Positions 8,829 to 19,307 of a DNA stretch of 64,000 bases are shown piece by piece (the stretch's first letter is position 1; each line of letters opens with the position of its first letter). Location: positions 229,390-293,389 of the forward strand of contig CAVZNA010000004.1 in NCBI GenBank assembly GCA_963776585.1, given 5' to 3'. The position numbers and the translations under genes were made by a program. The notes below the pieces were generated by a model, which saw only the letters and a list, made by a program, of their open reading frames with translations, had not been told where the DNA came from and ran no database searches. Source of the DNA: an uncultured Actinomycetota bacterium (GTDB lineage Bacteria > Actinomycetota > Actinomycetes > Actinomycetales > Dermatophilaceae).

Positions 8829-9269
8829 TCAGCCCCGGGGCAGGCGCTCCAGGGTCCGGGTGAGGTCGCGGACGGTGTCGCGGGCCAGCTTCTGGAACAC
8901 CAGGAAGAGCAGCGGCTCGGCATACTTCGCCTTGCCCTTCAGGGTGACGTTCGCGTCATACGTCACGCGCACACCGTCGTCGGCCGGCAGCACGTCGATG
9001 GTGTCCACCGACCGTGACCCCTCGTTGGTGCCGACGAAGACGACACCGTTGTCGCGCAGCTCCACCAGCTCGTACTCCAGCTCGGCCTTGACCACGATGA
9101 GCTTGCTGACGTTGTGCCAGCGCGACCCGACCTGGACGGGCCCGGAGTCGAGCCGCGTGCACGAGACCGTGCCGGGGTCCCACTCCGTGGCGTGGGAGAA
9201 GTCCTTCAGGTAGTCGACGACGGTCGCCTGGTCGGCGCGGACGGTGAACTGACGGGTGACATGCACCAT
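8829..9269 (-). CDS. SRPBCC (polyketide cyclase/START-like) protein
   Basis: VVDYLKDFSHATEWDPGT, GPVQVGSRW; AGGAG RBS. Confidence 0.85.
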   Translation of the reverse strand: MVHVTRQFTVRADQATVVDYLKDFSHATEWDPGTVSCTRLDSGPVQVGSRWHNVSKLIVVKAELEYELVELRDNGVVFVGTNEGSRSVDTIDVLPADDGVRVTYDANVTLKGKAKYAEPLLFLVFQKLARDTVRDLTRTLERLPRG

Positions 9270-9403
9270 GGGCGAGATCTCCTGTGCTGGTCGGGCGGGT
9301 GACGGGCGGGTGCGCCCTCACCTCGACGGTAGGTCAGGTCAACACACGCCGCCTCTCCGGTATGCCGTGAGCCCGCTCCCGCGGTGCCGTCTAGCCTGGG
9401 ACG

Positions 9404-10774
9404 ATGCCGACGACCGTGCTCTGGCTCAGACGTGACCTGCGGCTCCACGACCTGCCCGCCCTCGGTGCCGCCTGCGAGGCGGCCGCCGGAGGCCGGGTGC
9501 TGCCGCTCTTCGTGCTCGACCCGACCCTGCTGGAAGCCTCCCCGGTCCGCACGCACTGCCTGCTCGACGCCCTCGAGGGGCTGCGGCGGTCCTACGACGG
9601 GGCGCTGGTGCTGCGCACCGGCCACCCGGAGCAGGTCGTGCCCGCCGTGGTGCGCGAGGCCGGCGCCGCAGGCGTGCACATCTCCGCCGAGTCCACCCCG
9701 TTCGGGCGGCGCCGGGACGAGCGGGTGCGCCGGGCCCTGCCCGAGGACGTGCCCCTGGTGGCCACCGGGAGCGCGTATGCGGTGGGGCCGGGCACGGTCC
9801 GCAACGGCTCGGGCGCCCCCTACCGGGTGTTCACGCCGTTCTCCAAGGCGTGGCGGGCGCACGGCTGGCCGGAGCCCGCGCAGGTGCCCGACGGTCTGCG
9901 CTGGCACCGCCAGGTCGCGTCGGAGGATCTGCCGGACCGCCCGCCGACCGACCCCGAGGCCGACCTGCCGGACGTCGGGGAGGAGGCCGCGCTGCGCCGC
10001 TGGGAGGAGTTCCTCGACGCCGGTGTCACGGCATACGACCAGGAGCGTGACCGACCCGACCACGACGGCACGAGCCGCCTGTCCGTCCAGCTCAAGTACG
10101 GGACGATCCACCCGCGCACCCTCTTGGCCGACCTGCACGGCCATCGGGGCAAGGGGGTGCACACCTATGTCACCGAGCTGGCCTGGCGGGAGTTCTACGC
10201 CGACGTGCTGTGGCACCACCCGGCCTCGGCGTGGGCGGACCTGCGGCCGGCGCTGACCGGCATGGCCTACGACGACCCGGACCGCGACGAGACCGTGGCC
10301 GAGGCCGTCGAGGCGTGGCGACAGGGGCGCACCGGCTATCCCTTCGTCGACGCGGGGATGCGTCAGCTGCTGGCCGAAGGGTGGATGCACAACCGGGTGC
10401 GGATGGTCACCGCGAGCTTCCTCGTCAAGCACCTGCACGTGTGGTGGCCGGTCGGTGCACGGCACTTCCTCCGGCATCTGGCCGACGGCGACATCGCCTC
10501 CAACAACCATGGCTGGCAGTGGGTCGCCGGCACCGGCACCGACGCCGCCCCCTACTTCCGGGTGTTCAACCCGGTCACCCAGGGGCAGCGGTTCGACCCC
10601 GACGGTGACTACATCCGACGCTACGTGCCCGAGCTGAGGCACCTGACGGGCAAGGCGGTCCACGAGCCGTGGACGGCCCTCGACGGCCATGCGCAGGGTT
10701 ATCCCGAACCCGTGGTGGAGCACAGGCAGGCCCGCGAGGAGGCCCTGAGGCGCTACGAGCAGGCCCGCACGTAG
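9404..10774 (+). CDS. phr: Deoxyribodipyrimidine (CPD) photolyase
   Basis: WLRRDLRLHD, TSRLSVQL, ELAWREFY, GRTGYPFVDAGMRQL, WMHNRVRM, SNNHGWQW, RVFNP. Confidence 0.95.
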   Translation: MPTTVLWLRRDLRLHDLPALGAACEAAAGGRVLPLFVLDPTLLEASPVRTHCLLDALEGLRRSYDGALVLRTGHPEQVVPAVVREAGAAGVHISAESTPFGRRRDERVRRALPEDVPLVATGSAYAVGPGTVRNGSGAPYRVFTPFSKAWRAHGWPEPAQVPDGLRWHRQVASEDLPDRPPTDPEADLPDVGEEAALRRWEEFLDAGVTAYDQERDRPDHDGTSRLSVQLKYGTIHPRTLLADLHGHRGKGVHTYVTELAWREFYADVLWHHPASAWADLRPALTGMAYDDPDRDETVAEAVEAWRQGRTGYPFVDAGMRQLLAEGWMHNRVRMVTASFLVKHLHVWWPVGARHFLRHLADGDIASNNHGWQWVAGTGTDAAPYFRVFNPVTQGQRFDPDGDYIRRYVPELRHLTGKAVHEPWTALDGHAQGYPEPVVEHRQAREEALRRYEQART

Positions 10775-10814
10775 CGGTGCGCCGTCCGGAGTCTGCCGAT
10801 GCCAAGTGCGGGGT

Positions 10815-10880
10815 TGTCTGACAGGTGCTGCCCTGCAGCGCAGCACCCACCGCACCCAGCGACACCGACCAGACGACACG
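10815..10880. repeat. Degenerate copy of the CTGCAG-centred palindromic element also at 44076
   Basis: TGTCTGACAGGTGCTGCCCTGCAGCGCAGCACC...CCAGAC between convergent genes. Confidence 0.6.
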
Positions 10881-10935
10881 GCACGGTGCGCCCCCGGCCA
10901 GAGCTCAGGCGGCAGGGGAGGCCGGGCAGGTCAGG

Positions 10936-12132
10936 TCACAGGGAGCGGCACCGCTGCAGGGCGACCTCGGCCAGCCAGGCCGCCCCGTCCGGCACCACGG
11001 AGTCGTCGAAGGCCGCCCGGGGTGAGTGGTTGTCCGGGGCGTCCTGCGGGTCGACCCCCTCGGGGCAGGCACCCAGGAAGAGGTAGGCCCCCGGCACCTC
11101 GTTCATCACGAACGACATGTCCTCGGACCCCATCTCGGGACGCTCCCGCTCCCGATAGCGGCCCGGCCCGAAGAGCTGCGTCACCACGTCGCGCCCGAAC
11201 GCCAGCTCGGCGTCGTCGTTGACCGTCGCCGGGTAGCCCTCCCCGAACCCGACGGTGCAGGCCAGGCCGTGGGCCGCGCTGACCCCCTCCGCGACGCGGC
11301 GGATCGAGCGGTGCGCGAGCTCGCGCTGCTCGACCGAGAACGTGCGCAGTGTCGCCGACAGGTCGGCGGTGTCGCCGATGATGTTGTCCTTGGTGCCGGC
11401 GCTGACCCTGCCGACGGTCAGCACGACGGGGTCGAACACGTCGAAGGTGCGGGTCACCATGGTCTGCAGGGCCAGCACGATCTCGCACAGCACCGGGACC
11501 GGGTCCAACGCCCGGTGCGGCGCCGAGCCGTGACCGCCTGCGCCGGTGACGGTGATGTCGACGGTGTCGGCACCGGCCATGAGCTCGCGGGGCCGGGACT
11601 CCCACTGACCCAGCGGGATCTCGGAGGAGAAGACGTGCAGCGCGTAGGCGGCGTCGACCCGTCGGCCCGCGGCCTCGAGCAGGCCTTCGTGGAGCATCGG
11701 TTCCGCACCTCCCGGGCCCTCCTCGGCGGGCTGGAACATGAACACCACGTCGCCCGCCAGCTCGTCGCGCCGCGCATGCAGGATGCGCGCTGCGCCGACC
11801 AGACAGGCCATGTGCAGGTCGTGGCCGCAGGCATGCATGGCACCGGCGTGCTCCGAGGCGTAGTCGACGTCGACCTCCTCGGTCACCGGCAGGCCGTCCA
11901 TGTCGCCTCGCAGCAGGACGACGGGGCCACGTCTGCGGCCCCGCAGCACCGCTACGACCGAGGACAGGCCGCGTCCGGTGGTGAGCTCCAGGTCGAGACC
12001 GCCCAGCGCGGTGAGCACCCGCTGCTGGGTGCGTGGCAGGTGCAGCCCGACTTCGGGGATGCGGTGCAGCTCGCGGCGCAGGTCGACGAGGTCGCCGGCC
12101 AGCTGGCGGGCGAGGTCCAGGCTGGTGGTCAT
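10936..12132 (-). CDS. M20 family amidohydrolase (hippurate hydrolase-like)
   Basis: LRGDMDGLP, MHACGHD, FQPAEEG, GGHGSAPH, MGSEDMS, NHSP. Confidence 0.93.
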   Translation of the reverse strand: MTTSLDLARQLAGDLVDLRRELHRIPEVGLHLPRTQQRVLTALGGLDLELTTGRGLSSVVAVLRGRRRGPVVLLRGDMDGLPVTEEVDVDYASEHAGAMHACGHDLHMACLVGAARILHARRDELAGDVVFMFQPAEEGPGGAEPMLHEGLLEAAGRRVDAAYALHVFSSEIPLGQWESRPRELMAGADTVDITVTGAGGHGSAPHRALDPVPVLCEIVLALQTMVTRTFDVFDPVVLTVGRVSAGTKDNIIGDTADLSATLRTFSVEQRELAHRSIRRVAEGVSAAHGLACTVGFGEGYPATVNDDAELAFGRDVVTQLFGPGRYRERERPEMGSEDMSFVMNEVPGAYLFLGACPEGVDPQDAPDNHSPRAAFDDSVVPDGAAWLAEVALQRCRSL

Positions 12133-12420
12133 GCGCTCATCTTCCACCCGGCGCCGGTCCATCGAGCCGCGACCATGACGGACTTGACCCGGCGAAGAGT
12201 CAACCTAGCCGATTCCTGACGAAGTCTTTGCCCACGGCATACACAACGTCGCTCACCATGGAAGGAGGATGTTTCCGCAGGCCAGGCGGCATGAGGTCCT
12301 GAGTTCAGCCGCGCGTGACCGGCCCGCAGAGGGGTCCTAAGCCCTGTTTCGCGCAGCCCGCAGAGACGAGCCCGGCATCCGCCGTCGCCCGCAGGTGGGC
12401 AGTGACCCACGAGGAGCGAC

Positions 12421-15400
12421 ATGACACATCAGAGAAGGCACCGCCTGCCGGCGGTGCTCGCCGTGGCTGCCCTGGCTTCGGCCGGAGCGGTCACCGGGGC
12501 CACCGGTGCCCCGGCCCAGCCCGGCGGCGGCGGTGACGTCGACCGCTGGTCCGACCTACGTCTCGACACCCCGATGACCGGCCAGGCCCCGCCGGAGGTC
12601 GACCAAGGACTGGTCGGCACCGAGGGCGACGTGAGGGTGAGCATCCGGCTCACCGAGCCCTCGCTCGCGCTCGGCGGTGACGCCGCGACGCTGCAGGCCG
12701 AGCAGGCCGCGGTGGTCGACGCGGTCGAGGCGGCCGGTGGCACGGTCGACGGCACGGTCGACACCGTCCTCAACGCGGTCTTCGCCACGGTCGACGGCGC
12801 GGAGGTCGACGGGCTCGTCGACACCGGGGTGATCCTGTCCGTCAAGGAGGTCGCCGACTACGAGCTCGACCTGAGCGGGACGGTGCCCTACATCGGCGCG
12901 ACCGCCGTCCAGGAGTCGGGCAACACCGGTGAGGGCATCACGGTGGCCGTGCTCGACTCCGGCATCGACTACACGCACGTCGGGCTCGGTGGTGGCGGCA
13001 CCCTGGCCGACTACGACGCGGCCTACGCCGACCCGGAGGACCGAGACGGGCTCTTCCCGACCGACAAGGTCGTCGAGGGCTTCGACTTCGTCGGGGAGAC
13101 CTGGCCCAACGGCCCGCGCACCGAGGACGACGACCCCATCGACTTCGAGGGTCACGGCACCCACGTCGCCGACATCATCGCCGGTGACCAGGGGGTCGCG
13201 CCCGGGGCCAGCCTCGTCGGCGTCAAGGTCTGCTCGGCGGTCTCGCCGTCCTGCAACGGCGTGGCGCTCATCCTCGGCATCGAGTATGCCGTGGACCAGA
13301 AGGTCGACATCATCAACATGTCGCTCGGCTCCAACTACGGCCAGGCCTTCGACGACGACCTCGCCGCCGCGACCGACGGTGCCACCGAGGAGGGCATCCT
13401 CACGGTCGCCTCGGCGGGCAACGGCTCGAACAAGCCCTACGTCACCGGCACCCCGGCCGCTGCCCCGACCGCGCTCAGCGTCGCTCAGACGCAGGTGCCC
13501 GGCGCGGTCCTGCCGCAGCTGACCGTGCAGGACGCGAGCGGCGAGACCGCACTCGTCATCAACGGCGTGTTCCAGGAGTGGTCCGCCGAGCCCGAGGGTG
13601 TCCTCACGGGCGACCTCGTCTACGGCGACGGCGACGGCGGCAACCTGCTCGGCTGCAACGCGTTCGACGAGGAGTTCGCCCCCGGCACGATCGTGTTGGT
13701 CGACCGAGGGGCCTGCTCGTTCACCCAGAAGATCGCCACGATCGCCAACGCCGGCGGCGTCGCCGGCATCATCGGGCTGGTCACCCCGGAGGCCCCGTTC
13801 AGCGGTGCCTACGACCCGGTGGCGTGCGACCCCGACAACGACGGTTCGCTGGACTGCCAGGAGATCCCCGGCTACATGATCAGCCAGGCCGACAGCGACG
13901 TCCTCAAGGAGGGCATCCCCGGAGGCCTGAGCGTCAGCATCGACCCGACCGACGGCCTGGCGCTCGTCGGCACCGTCGTCGGCTCGTCCTCGCGCGGTCC
14001 GTCGATGAACTTCAACAACGCCATCAAGCCCGAGATCGGCGCCCCCGGTGCCTCGGTCTCCGCGGTGGCGGGCACGGGTGACGACACCGCTCCGTTCGGC
14101 GGCACCTCCGGCGCCGCTCCGATGGTGGCCGGTTCGGCCGCTCTGGTGCTCGCCGATGACCCGGGGCTCATCCCGCAGCAGGTCAAGGCCAAGCTGGTCA
14201 ACACCGCCGAGACCGACATCGACACCGAGCCCGGCGCGGGCCTGGCGCCGATCACCCGCATCGGTGGCGGCGAGGTGCGGGCCGACCGCGCCGTCGCGGC
14301 CGACGGCGCGGCGTGGGAGACCGAGGGGGTCACCCCGACCCTCTCCTTCGGTTTCGCCGACGTGCCGGACACCTGGACGGCCACCAAGACGGTGACCGTG
14401 GAAAACTACGGGGCCTCCGCGGCCTCGTACTCGATCGCTGCGTCCTTCCGCTATGCGGATGACGAGGCCACCGGCGCGGTCGCCCCGAGCCTGTCGACCA
14501 GTGAGCTGACGGTGCCTGCCGGCGGGTCGGCCACGTTCGACGTCACCCTGACTGTCGACGGCAGCAAGCTGCGCGAGTGGACCGCCAACTCCGGTGCCGC
14601 CGGCGCCGACCCGGCATGGCTCGACCTGCTGGAGTATGACGGCTATGTCACCCTCACCGGTGACGGCGCGTCCGACCTGCACCTGCCGTGGCACGTGCTG
14701 CCGCGCAAGGCCGCGGACATCGACGTCACCCAGGGTCGCGGACAGGCGTTCACGCTGAGCAACGAGGCCGCCAACCCGGCGTCGCTGGAGATCTACAACC
14801 TGCTCGCGACCAGCGAGGACCTCCCTGAGGGGCCGCGCGGCGGTCAGTCCCCGACGCCGGACTTCCGGGCCGCGGGTGTGGGCTTCTACGAGGTGCCGAC
14901 GACCTTCTGCGAGAGTGGCCTGCTGACCAGCTTCGCGGTCAACACCTGGGAGCGGCAGACCCACGCGGTCGCCCCGGCTCTCTTCGAGTTCGACATCGAC
15001 ACGAACAACGACGGGACGCCGGACTACGCCGTCTTCAACGTCGACCAGTCGTTCCTCGGTGGCGCCAACACCCTCGGCGACGGCCGCAACCTCGTCGTGG
15101 CCCAGGATCTGGCGACCGGTTCGATCTCGGTGTTCTTCTACACCGACCACGAGACCAACAGCGCCAACACGGTGCTGAACGTCTGTGGTGAGCAGGTCGG
15201 TCTCGACGCCAAGACCATCAAGAAGCGCCAGGTGGGCATCGCGTTCGCAGCGGACATCTACTTCGGTGGCCCCGGCGACAGCGTCGAGCTCGACTTCGGC
15301 GCGGGCAAGACGCAGCCCCCGCTGCGGGTCGGGAACACCCCGGTGCAGTTCCTGCAGCTGGACGCTGGTGAGAGCGTCAACGCCCGGCTGTTCGCCAACA

Positions 15401-15480
15401 ACGCCTCCACGAAGGGCGCCATGGTGATGGTGCGCGGTGGTGCGCCGGAGGGTGAGGAGACCTTCCTGCTGCAGCGCTGA
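12421..15480 (+). CDS. Secreted S8 subtilase, Vpr-like, with PA domain
   Basis: Signal peptide; triad VLDSG, HGTHVA, GTSGAAP; oxyanion SAGN; PA motif VLVDRGACSFTQKI; GAGGAG RBS. Confidence 0.93.
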   Translation: MTHQRRHRLPAVLAVAALASAGAVTGATGAPAQPGGGGDVDRWSDLRLDTPMTGQAPPEVDQGLVGTEGDVRVSIRLTEPSLALGGDAATLQAEQAAVVDAVEAAGGTVDGTVDTVLNAVFATVDGAEVDGLVDTGVILSVKEVADYELDLSGTVPYIGATAVQESGNTGEGITVAVLDSGIDYTHVGLGGGGTLADYDAAYADPEDRDGLFPTDKVVEGFDFVGETWPNGPRTEDDDPIDFEGHGTHVADIIAGDQGVAPGASLVGVKVCSAVSPSCNGVALILGIEYAVDQKVDIINMSLGSNYGQAFDDDLAAATDGATEEGILTVASAGNGSNKPYVTGTPAAAPTALSVAQTQVPGAVLPQLTVQDASGETALVINGVFQEWSAEPEGVLTGDLVYGDGDGGNLLGCNAFDEEFAPGTIVLVDRGACSFTQKIATIANAGGVAGIIGLVTPEAPFSGAYDPVACDPDNDGSLDCQEIPGYMISQADSDVLKEGIPGGLSVSIDPTDGLALVGTVVGSSSRGPSMNFNNAIKPEIGAPGASVSAVAGTGDDTAPFGGTSGAAPMVAGSAALVLADDPGLIPQQVKAKLVNTAETDIDTEPGAGLAPITRIGGGEVRADRAVAADGAAWETEGVTPTLSFGFADVPDTWTATKTVTVENYGASAASYSIAASFRYADDEATGAVAPSLSTSELTVPAGGSATFDVTLTVDGSKLREWTANSGAAGADPAWLDLLEYDGYVTLTGDGASDLHLPWHVLPRKAADIDVTQGRGQAFTLSNEAANPASLEIYNLLATSEDLPEGPRGGQSPTPDFRAAGVGFYEVPTTFCESGLLTSFAVNTWERQTHAVAPALFEFDIDTNNDGTPDYAVFNVDQSFLGGANTLGDGRNLVVAQDLATGSISVFFYTDHETNSANTVLNVCGEQVGLDAKTIKKRQVGIAFAADIYFGGPGDSVELDFGAGKTQPPLRVGNTPVQFLQLDAGESVNARLFANNASTKGAMVMVRGGAPEGEETFLLQR

Positions 15481-15490
15481 GCCGTCCGTC

Positions 15491-15525
15491 GTGAGCGGGG
15501 GTCCCGGACCGGGGCCCCCGCTCAC
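15491..15525. terminator. Stem-loop between convergent genes
   Basis: GTGAGCGGGGG...CCCCCGCTCAC, 10 nt after the protease stop. Confidence 0.75.
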
Positions 15526-15572
15526 TCGCGTCGGCAGGCCAGGCATCGGCAGGCCCTCGCGGCGGCAGGCAC

Positions 15573-16856
15573 TTAGCGGCGCAGGTGCATGCGCCGCAGC
15601 GCGGAGGTCTTGTGCACGTGCTCGCGGGTCTCGTATCCCACGATGAGCACCACGGGAGACAGGCAGGCGACGCCGAGCGCCCAGGCGGGCGGTGCGCCGG
15701 CGGCGGCCAGCAGCCCGCCGGCCGCCAGCACGGCTGCCGTGCCGAGCACGAGGCGGAGGTAGCCGGGGCCCACGGGTCGCACCAGGTAGGCGTACAGACC
15801 GAACAGCCCGAGGTTGTAGACCGCCAGAGGCAGCACGACGGTCACCACGGCCCCCAGGCCGCCGATCACGACGGGGAAGCCGGCGTCCTCGGCGTCCAGG
15901 TAGTAGGCGAAGACGTGCAGCCCCGCCCCGACGGCGGCGATCGCTGTGTACAGGACGATGTGACTGTAGGCCCACACCCCCACCCGGTCACGGTGCACCA
16001 GCAGCACCTCGCCCGAGGGGAGCAGGAAGTAGATCCACCACATGCCGAAGGTGACGCCGATGCCGCAGACCAGCAGCAGGGTGGCGTCGGGGCTCCAGCC
16101 CGCCGAGTCGATCAGCACGCTGATGGCACCGATCGTGCCCACGACCCCCTCACCCAGGGCGATGATCGCCAGGAGGCCGTAGCGCTCGGCGACGTGATGC
16201 GCGTGCCACGGCACCCCACCGCGCCGGGAGACGGCCAGTGGACCGGCCAGCTCGACGGCGAAGAGGACGGCGGCCAGGGTGAGAGCGACCGGCAGTGGGG
16301 GGGCGATGAGGATCGCGGTGACCCACCCGACCTGCGCCAGGAGCAGGACGGTGATGTTGGTGCGGATGCCGGCCCGGTGGTCAGCCGCCCCGCGGTAGGC
16401 CCGCAGCCACTGGGCGATGAGGCCCGAGCGCATCACGACATACCCCATCACCAGGATGTTGCTGTCCAGGCGGTCGCCCTCCTCGATGGAGGCGAAGACG
16501 TCGGAGATGCCGAGCGCCAGCAGCGCCACCCCGAACATCTGCACCATCGAGACCACGCGGTAGAGCCAGTCGTTGGTGTCGAACGCCGACGCGAACCAGG
16601 TGAAGTTCACCCATGCCCAGATGACCGCGAACATGCACAGCGCGAAGGCCACCAGCCCCTCGACAGGGTGTCCCGCCGCCAGGGAGTGAGCAAGCTCACT
16701 CGCCGCGACTCCGAAGGCGACGACGAAGACGAGGTCGTAGAGCAGCTCGAGCGGTGTGGCGCTGCGTCCCTGCTCATCGGGGTCGCGGCCGGACATGACC
16801 TGGCGCCCGTGCGCGTAGGGGCTCGGGTCGTCCAGGGGACCGGTCGGCTCGCTCAT
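15573..16856 (-). CDS. ltrA: Low temperature requirement protein A family membrane protein
   Basis: ATPLELLYDLVFVVAF, WAWVNFTWFASAFD, HVAERYGLLAIIALGE, MWWIYF. Confidence 0.9.
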   Translation of the reverse strand: MSEPTGPLDDPSPYAHGRQVMSGRDPDEQGRSATPLELLYDLVFVVAFGVAASELAHSLAAGHPVEGLVAFALCMFAVIWAWVNFTWFASAFDTNDWLYRVVSMVQMFGVALLALGISDVFASIEEGDRLDSNILVMGYVVMRSGLIAQWLRAYRGAADHRAGIRTNITVLLLAQVGWVTAILIAPPLPVALTLAAVLFAVELAGPLAVSRRGGVPWHAHHVAERYGLLAIIALGEGVVGTIGAISVLIDSAGWSPDATLLLVCGIGVTFGMWWIYFLLPSGEVLLVHRDRVGVWAYSHIVLYTAIAAVGAGLHVFAYYLDAEDAGFPVVIGGLGAVVTVVLPLAVYNLGLFGLYAYLVRPVGPGYLRLVLGTAAVLAAGGLLAAAGAPPAWALGVACLSPVVLIVGYETREHVHKTSALRRMHLRR

Positions 16857-16917
16857 ATCGACGGCATCGTCCCACGCGGACGGCACGACGCACAGGGCAT
16901 GGGACGATGAAGAGGTC

Positions 16918-18138
16918 ATGGCGACTCCCACACACCTTTCCCCTGGCACTCCTGTGTCCGCCACCGACCCACGGGTGGCGATGTTCGCGGGCTTCGCCCT
17001 GATCCTGGGCGGCTTCGGCATCGGCGTGGCCGAGTTCGTGACCATGGGGCTGCTGCCCCAGATCGCCGAGGGCACGGGCGTGGACATCCCCACCGCCGGT
17101 CACACGATCTCCGCGTATGCCGTGGGGGTCGTCATCGGCGCGCCGCTCATCGCAGCGTGGGGGGCGAAGTTCCCGCGGCGGGCCCTGCTCATCGGCCTGA
17201 TGGCGGTGTTCGCCCTGGGCAACCTGCTCGCAGCGCTCGCCCCCGGCTACGGCACGCTGCTGGCGGCACGCTTCCTGTCCGGGCTGCCGCACGGCGCCTT
17301 CCTCGGCCTGGCCGCGCTCGTGGCCATTACCCTGGCCCCGCCCGGCCGGGCCGGCCGGGCCGTGGGCACCGTCATGCTCGGCATCCCGATCGCCACCGTC
17401 GTGGGGGTCCCCATCGCGACCTGGGTCGGCCAGGCGCTCGGCTGGCGCACCGCCTACGTCGCCGTGGCCGTCATCGGCCTGCTCACCGTGCTGCTCATCC
17501 GCCTCTGGGTGCCCGACACCCCCGGCGACGCCGACCAGTCCTGGCGCCGCGAGCTGCGCGCCTTCGCCAGCCTGCAGGTGTGGCTGACGATGGCGGTGGG
17601 GGCGATCGGCTTCGGTGGCATGTTCGCGATGTACTCCTACATCGCCCCGACCGTCACCGAGGTCACCGGCCTGTCCGAGGGCTGGGTGCCGGTCTTCCTC
17701 TTCGCGTTCGGCGTCGGCTCGATCGCCGGCACGGTCATCGGTGGCCGGCTGGCCGACTGGTCCGTGCTGCGGGCACTGGTGCTCAGCGGGGCCGTGATGG
17801 CGGCCCTGCTGCTGACCTTCAGCGTCACCTCGCAGTGGACGGTCCCGGCCCTCGTCACGATCTTCGCCGTGTCCGCCACGACGGGGACCTTCGTCATCGG
17901 GCTGCAGCTGCGCCTGATGAGCGTCGCAGGTCCGGCCAGGACCCTCGGGGCGGCGATGAACCACTCCTCGCTCAACGCTGCCAACGCGCTCGGCGCGTGG
18001 CTCGGGGGCCTCGTCATCGCGGCGGGCTACGGCTACACCGCCCCCAGCATCGTCGGTGCCGTCCTCGCCCTCGGCGGCCTCGCCGTGCTCGGCATCTCGC
18101 TGCTGGTGCACGTGCGAGACACCCGGCTCGCGACCTGA
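16918..18138 (+). CDS. MFS transporter (DHA1, AraJ/YdhP-like)
   Basis: GVAEFVTMGLLP, ARFLSGLPHGAF, GGRLADW, NAANALGAWLGG; 12-TM pattern. Confidence 0.9.
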   Translation: MATPTHLSPGTPVSATDPRVAMFAGFALILGGFGIGVAEFVTMGLLPQIAEGTGVDIPTAGHTISAYAVGVVIGAPLIAAWGAKFPRRALLIGLMAVFALGNLLAALAPGYGTLLAARFLSGLPHGAFLGLAALVAITLAPPGRAGRAVGTVMLGIPIATVVGVPIATWVGQALGWRTAYVAVAVIGLLTVLLIRLWVPDTPGDADQSWRRELRAFASLQVWLTMAVGAIGFGGMFAMYSYIAPTVTEVTGLSEGWVPVFLFAFGVGSIAGTVIGGRLADWSVLRALVLSGAVMAALLLTFSVTSQWTVPALVTIFAVSATTGTFVIGLQLRLMSVAGPARTLGAAMNHSSLNAANALGAWLGGLVIAAGYGYTAPSIVGAVLALGGLAVLGISLLVHVRDTRLAT

Positions 18139-18244
18139 CCTGCGGGTCGAGGTCGACGCGCCGCCCGCCCGGCGCCAGGATGTCCTGGGAGACGTCCGTT
18201 CCGCCATGCGCTTCTCCGGCGCCGTCGACAAGGAGCCCCCTGCG

Positions 18245-19237
18245 ATGACGACGATCCACCTCAGCGGCTACACCACCGACCAGCCGGAGCCGTGTGGGCT
18301 CGGCGTCACCACGCTCGAGGAGTCAGGCTTCGGCCCCGTGCGAGCGTTGTGCGGCCTGGCCGAGCCGTCCTTCGCCGTCCTGTCCCGCGACCGGCGGTGG
18401 CTGTATGCCGTGAGCGAGGGGGCGCAGGGGCGGGTCGCCGCGCTGGACGCCGACACCGGTGAGATCGCCTGCATCGTCGAGGGGATGGGCGCCGACCCCT
18501 GTCACCTGGCCCTGTCCGACGACGGCACCCGGCTGGTCGCCAGCGCCTACTCCAGCGGGTCGGTCGCGCTGCTGGAGGTCGACGGGCCCCGGCTGAGGCG
18601 CGTCGACACGCTGCACCTGTCAGGTGAGGGCCCGCACGAGCGGCAGGACGAGTCGCACGCGCACCAGGCCACCTTCCTGGACCGCGACCGGCTGCTCGTC
18701 TGCGACCTCGGCAGCGACCGGGTGGTCGAGGTGCGGGCCGGCGCGGAGGGTCTGCGCGAGGTGGGGCACGTGCTGCTGCCCCCGGGCACCGGCCCCCGCC
18801 ACCTCGCGCTCGCCCCGGACCGGCAGGCGTTCTGGGTGGTGGGGGAGCTCGACTGCACCGTGCACCCCGTCGTGCTGACCGACCACGGGTGGCGGCCGGC
18901 CAGGCCGGTGACCCTGCTCACGCCGCAGGACCGCGTCGAGGACAACACCGCCGCGGGCATCGTCGTCGACCGGACCGGACGGCACGTGTATGTCACCGTC
19001 CGGGGTGTCGACACCCTGACCCATCTCCGCGTCGACGAGGGGTCAGCGCTGGTCCCCGTGGAGGTGCACGCGACGGGCCCGTGGCCGCGCTTCCTGGGCC
19101 TGCTGTCCACCGGAGACCTCGCCGTGGCGGCAGAGCAGGGTGACGCCGTCGCGCTGTGGCGCCCGGATGAGGACGGGCGGCTGCGGCATACCGGCATCGA
19201 GCTCGCCTGGCCGGCGCCCACCTGGGTCGCCGGCTGA
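18245..19237 (+). CDS. Beta-propeller lactonase (6-phosphogluconolactonase family)
   Basis: DPCHL, YSSGSV, GPHERQDESHAH, CDLGSD, GTGPRH, WPRF; AAGGAG RBS. Confidence 0.88.
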   Translation: MTTIHLSGYTTDQPEPCGLGVTTLEESGFGPVRALCGLAEPSFAVLSRDRRWLYAVSEGAQGRVAALDADTGEIACIVEGMGADPCHLALSDDGTRLVASAYSSGSVALLEVDGPRLRRVDTLHLSGEGPHERQDESHAHQATFLDRDRLLVCDLGSDRVVEVRAGAEGLREVGHVLLPPGTGPRHLALAPDRQAFWVVGELDCTVHPVVLTDHGWRPARPVTLLTPQDRVEDNTAAGIVVDRTGRHVYVTVRGVDTLTHLRVDEGSALVPVEVHATGPWPRFLGLLSTGDLAVAAEQGDAVALWRPDEDGRLRHTGIELAWPAPTWVAG

Positions 19238-19307
19238 GCCGCCGACCGCGGGTGAGCCCAGCCTCACCTGCCTGGACGCTGCCGCCGGCGAGCGGGACAG
19301 TGGGGAC

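Noticed and set aside
12250-12420. c-di-AMP (ydaO) riboswitch before the secreted protease
   Set aside because: Its conserved sequence blocks were not found by eye.
12556-15975. 1139-aa minus-strand ORF
   Set aside because: Antisense shadow of the S8 protease caused by GC3 bias; no recognisable domain.
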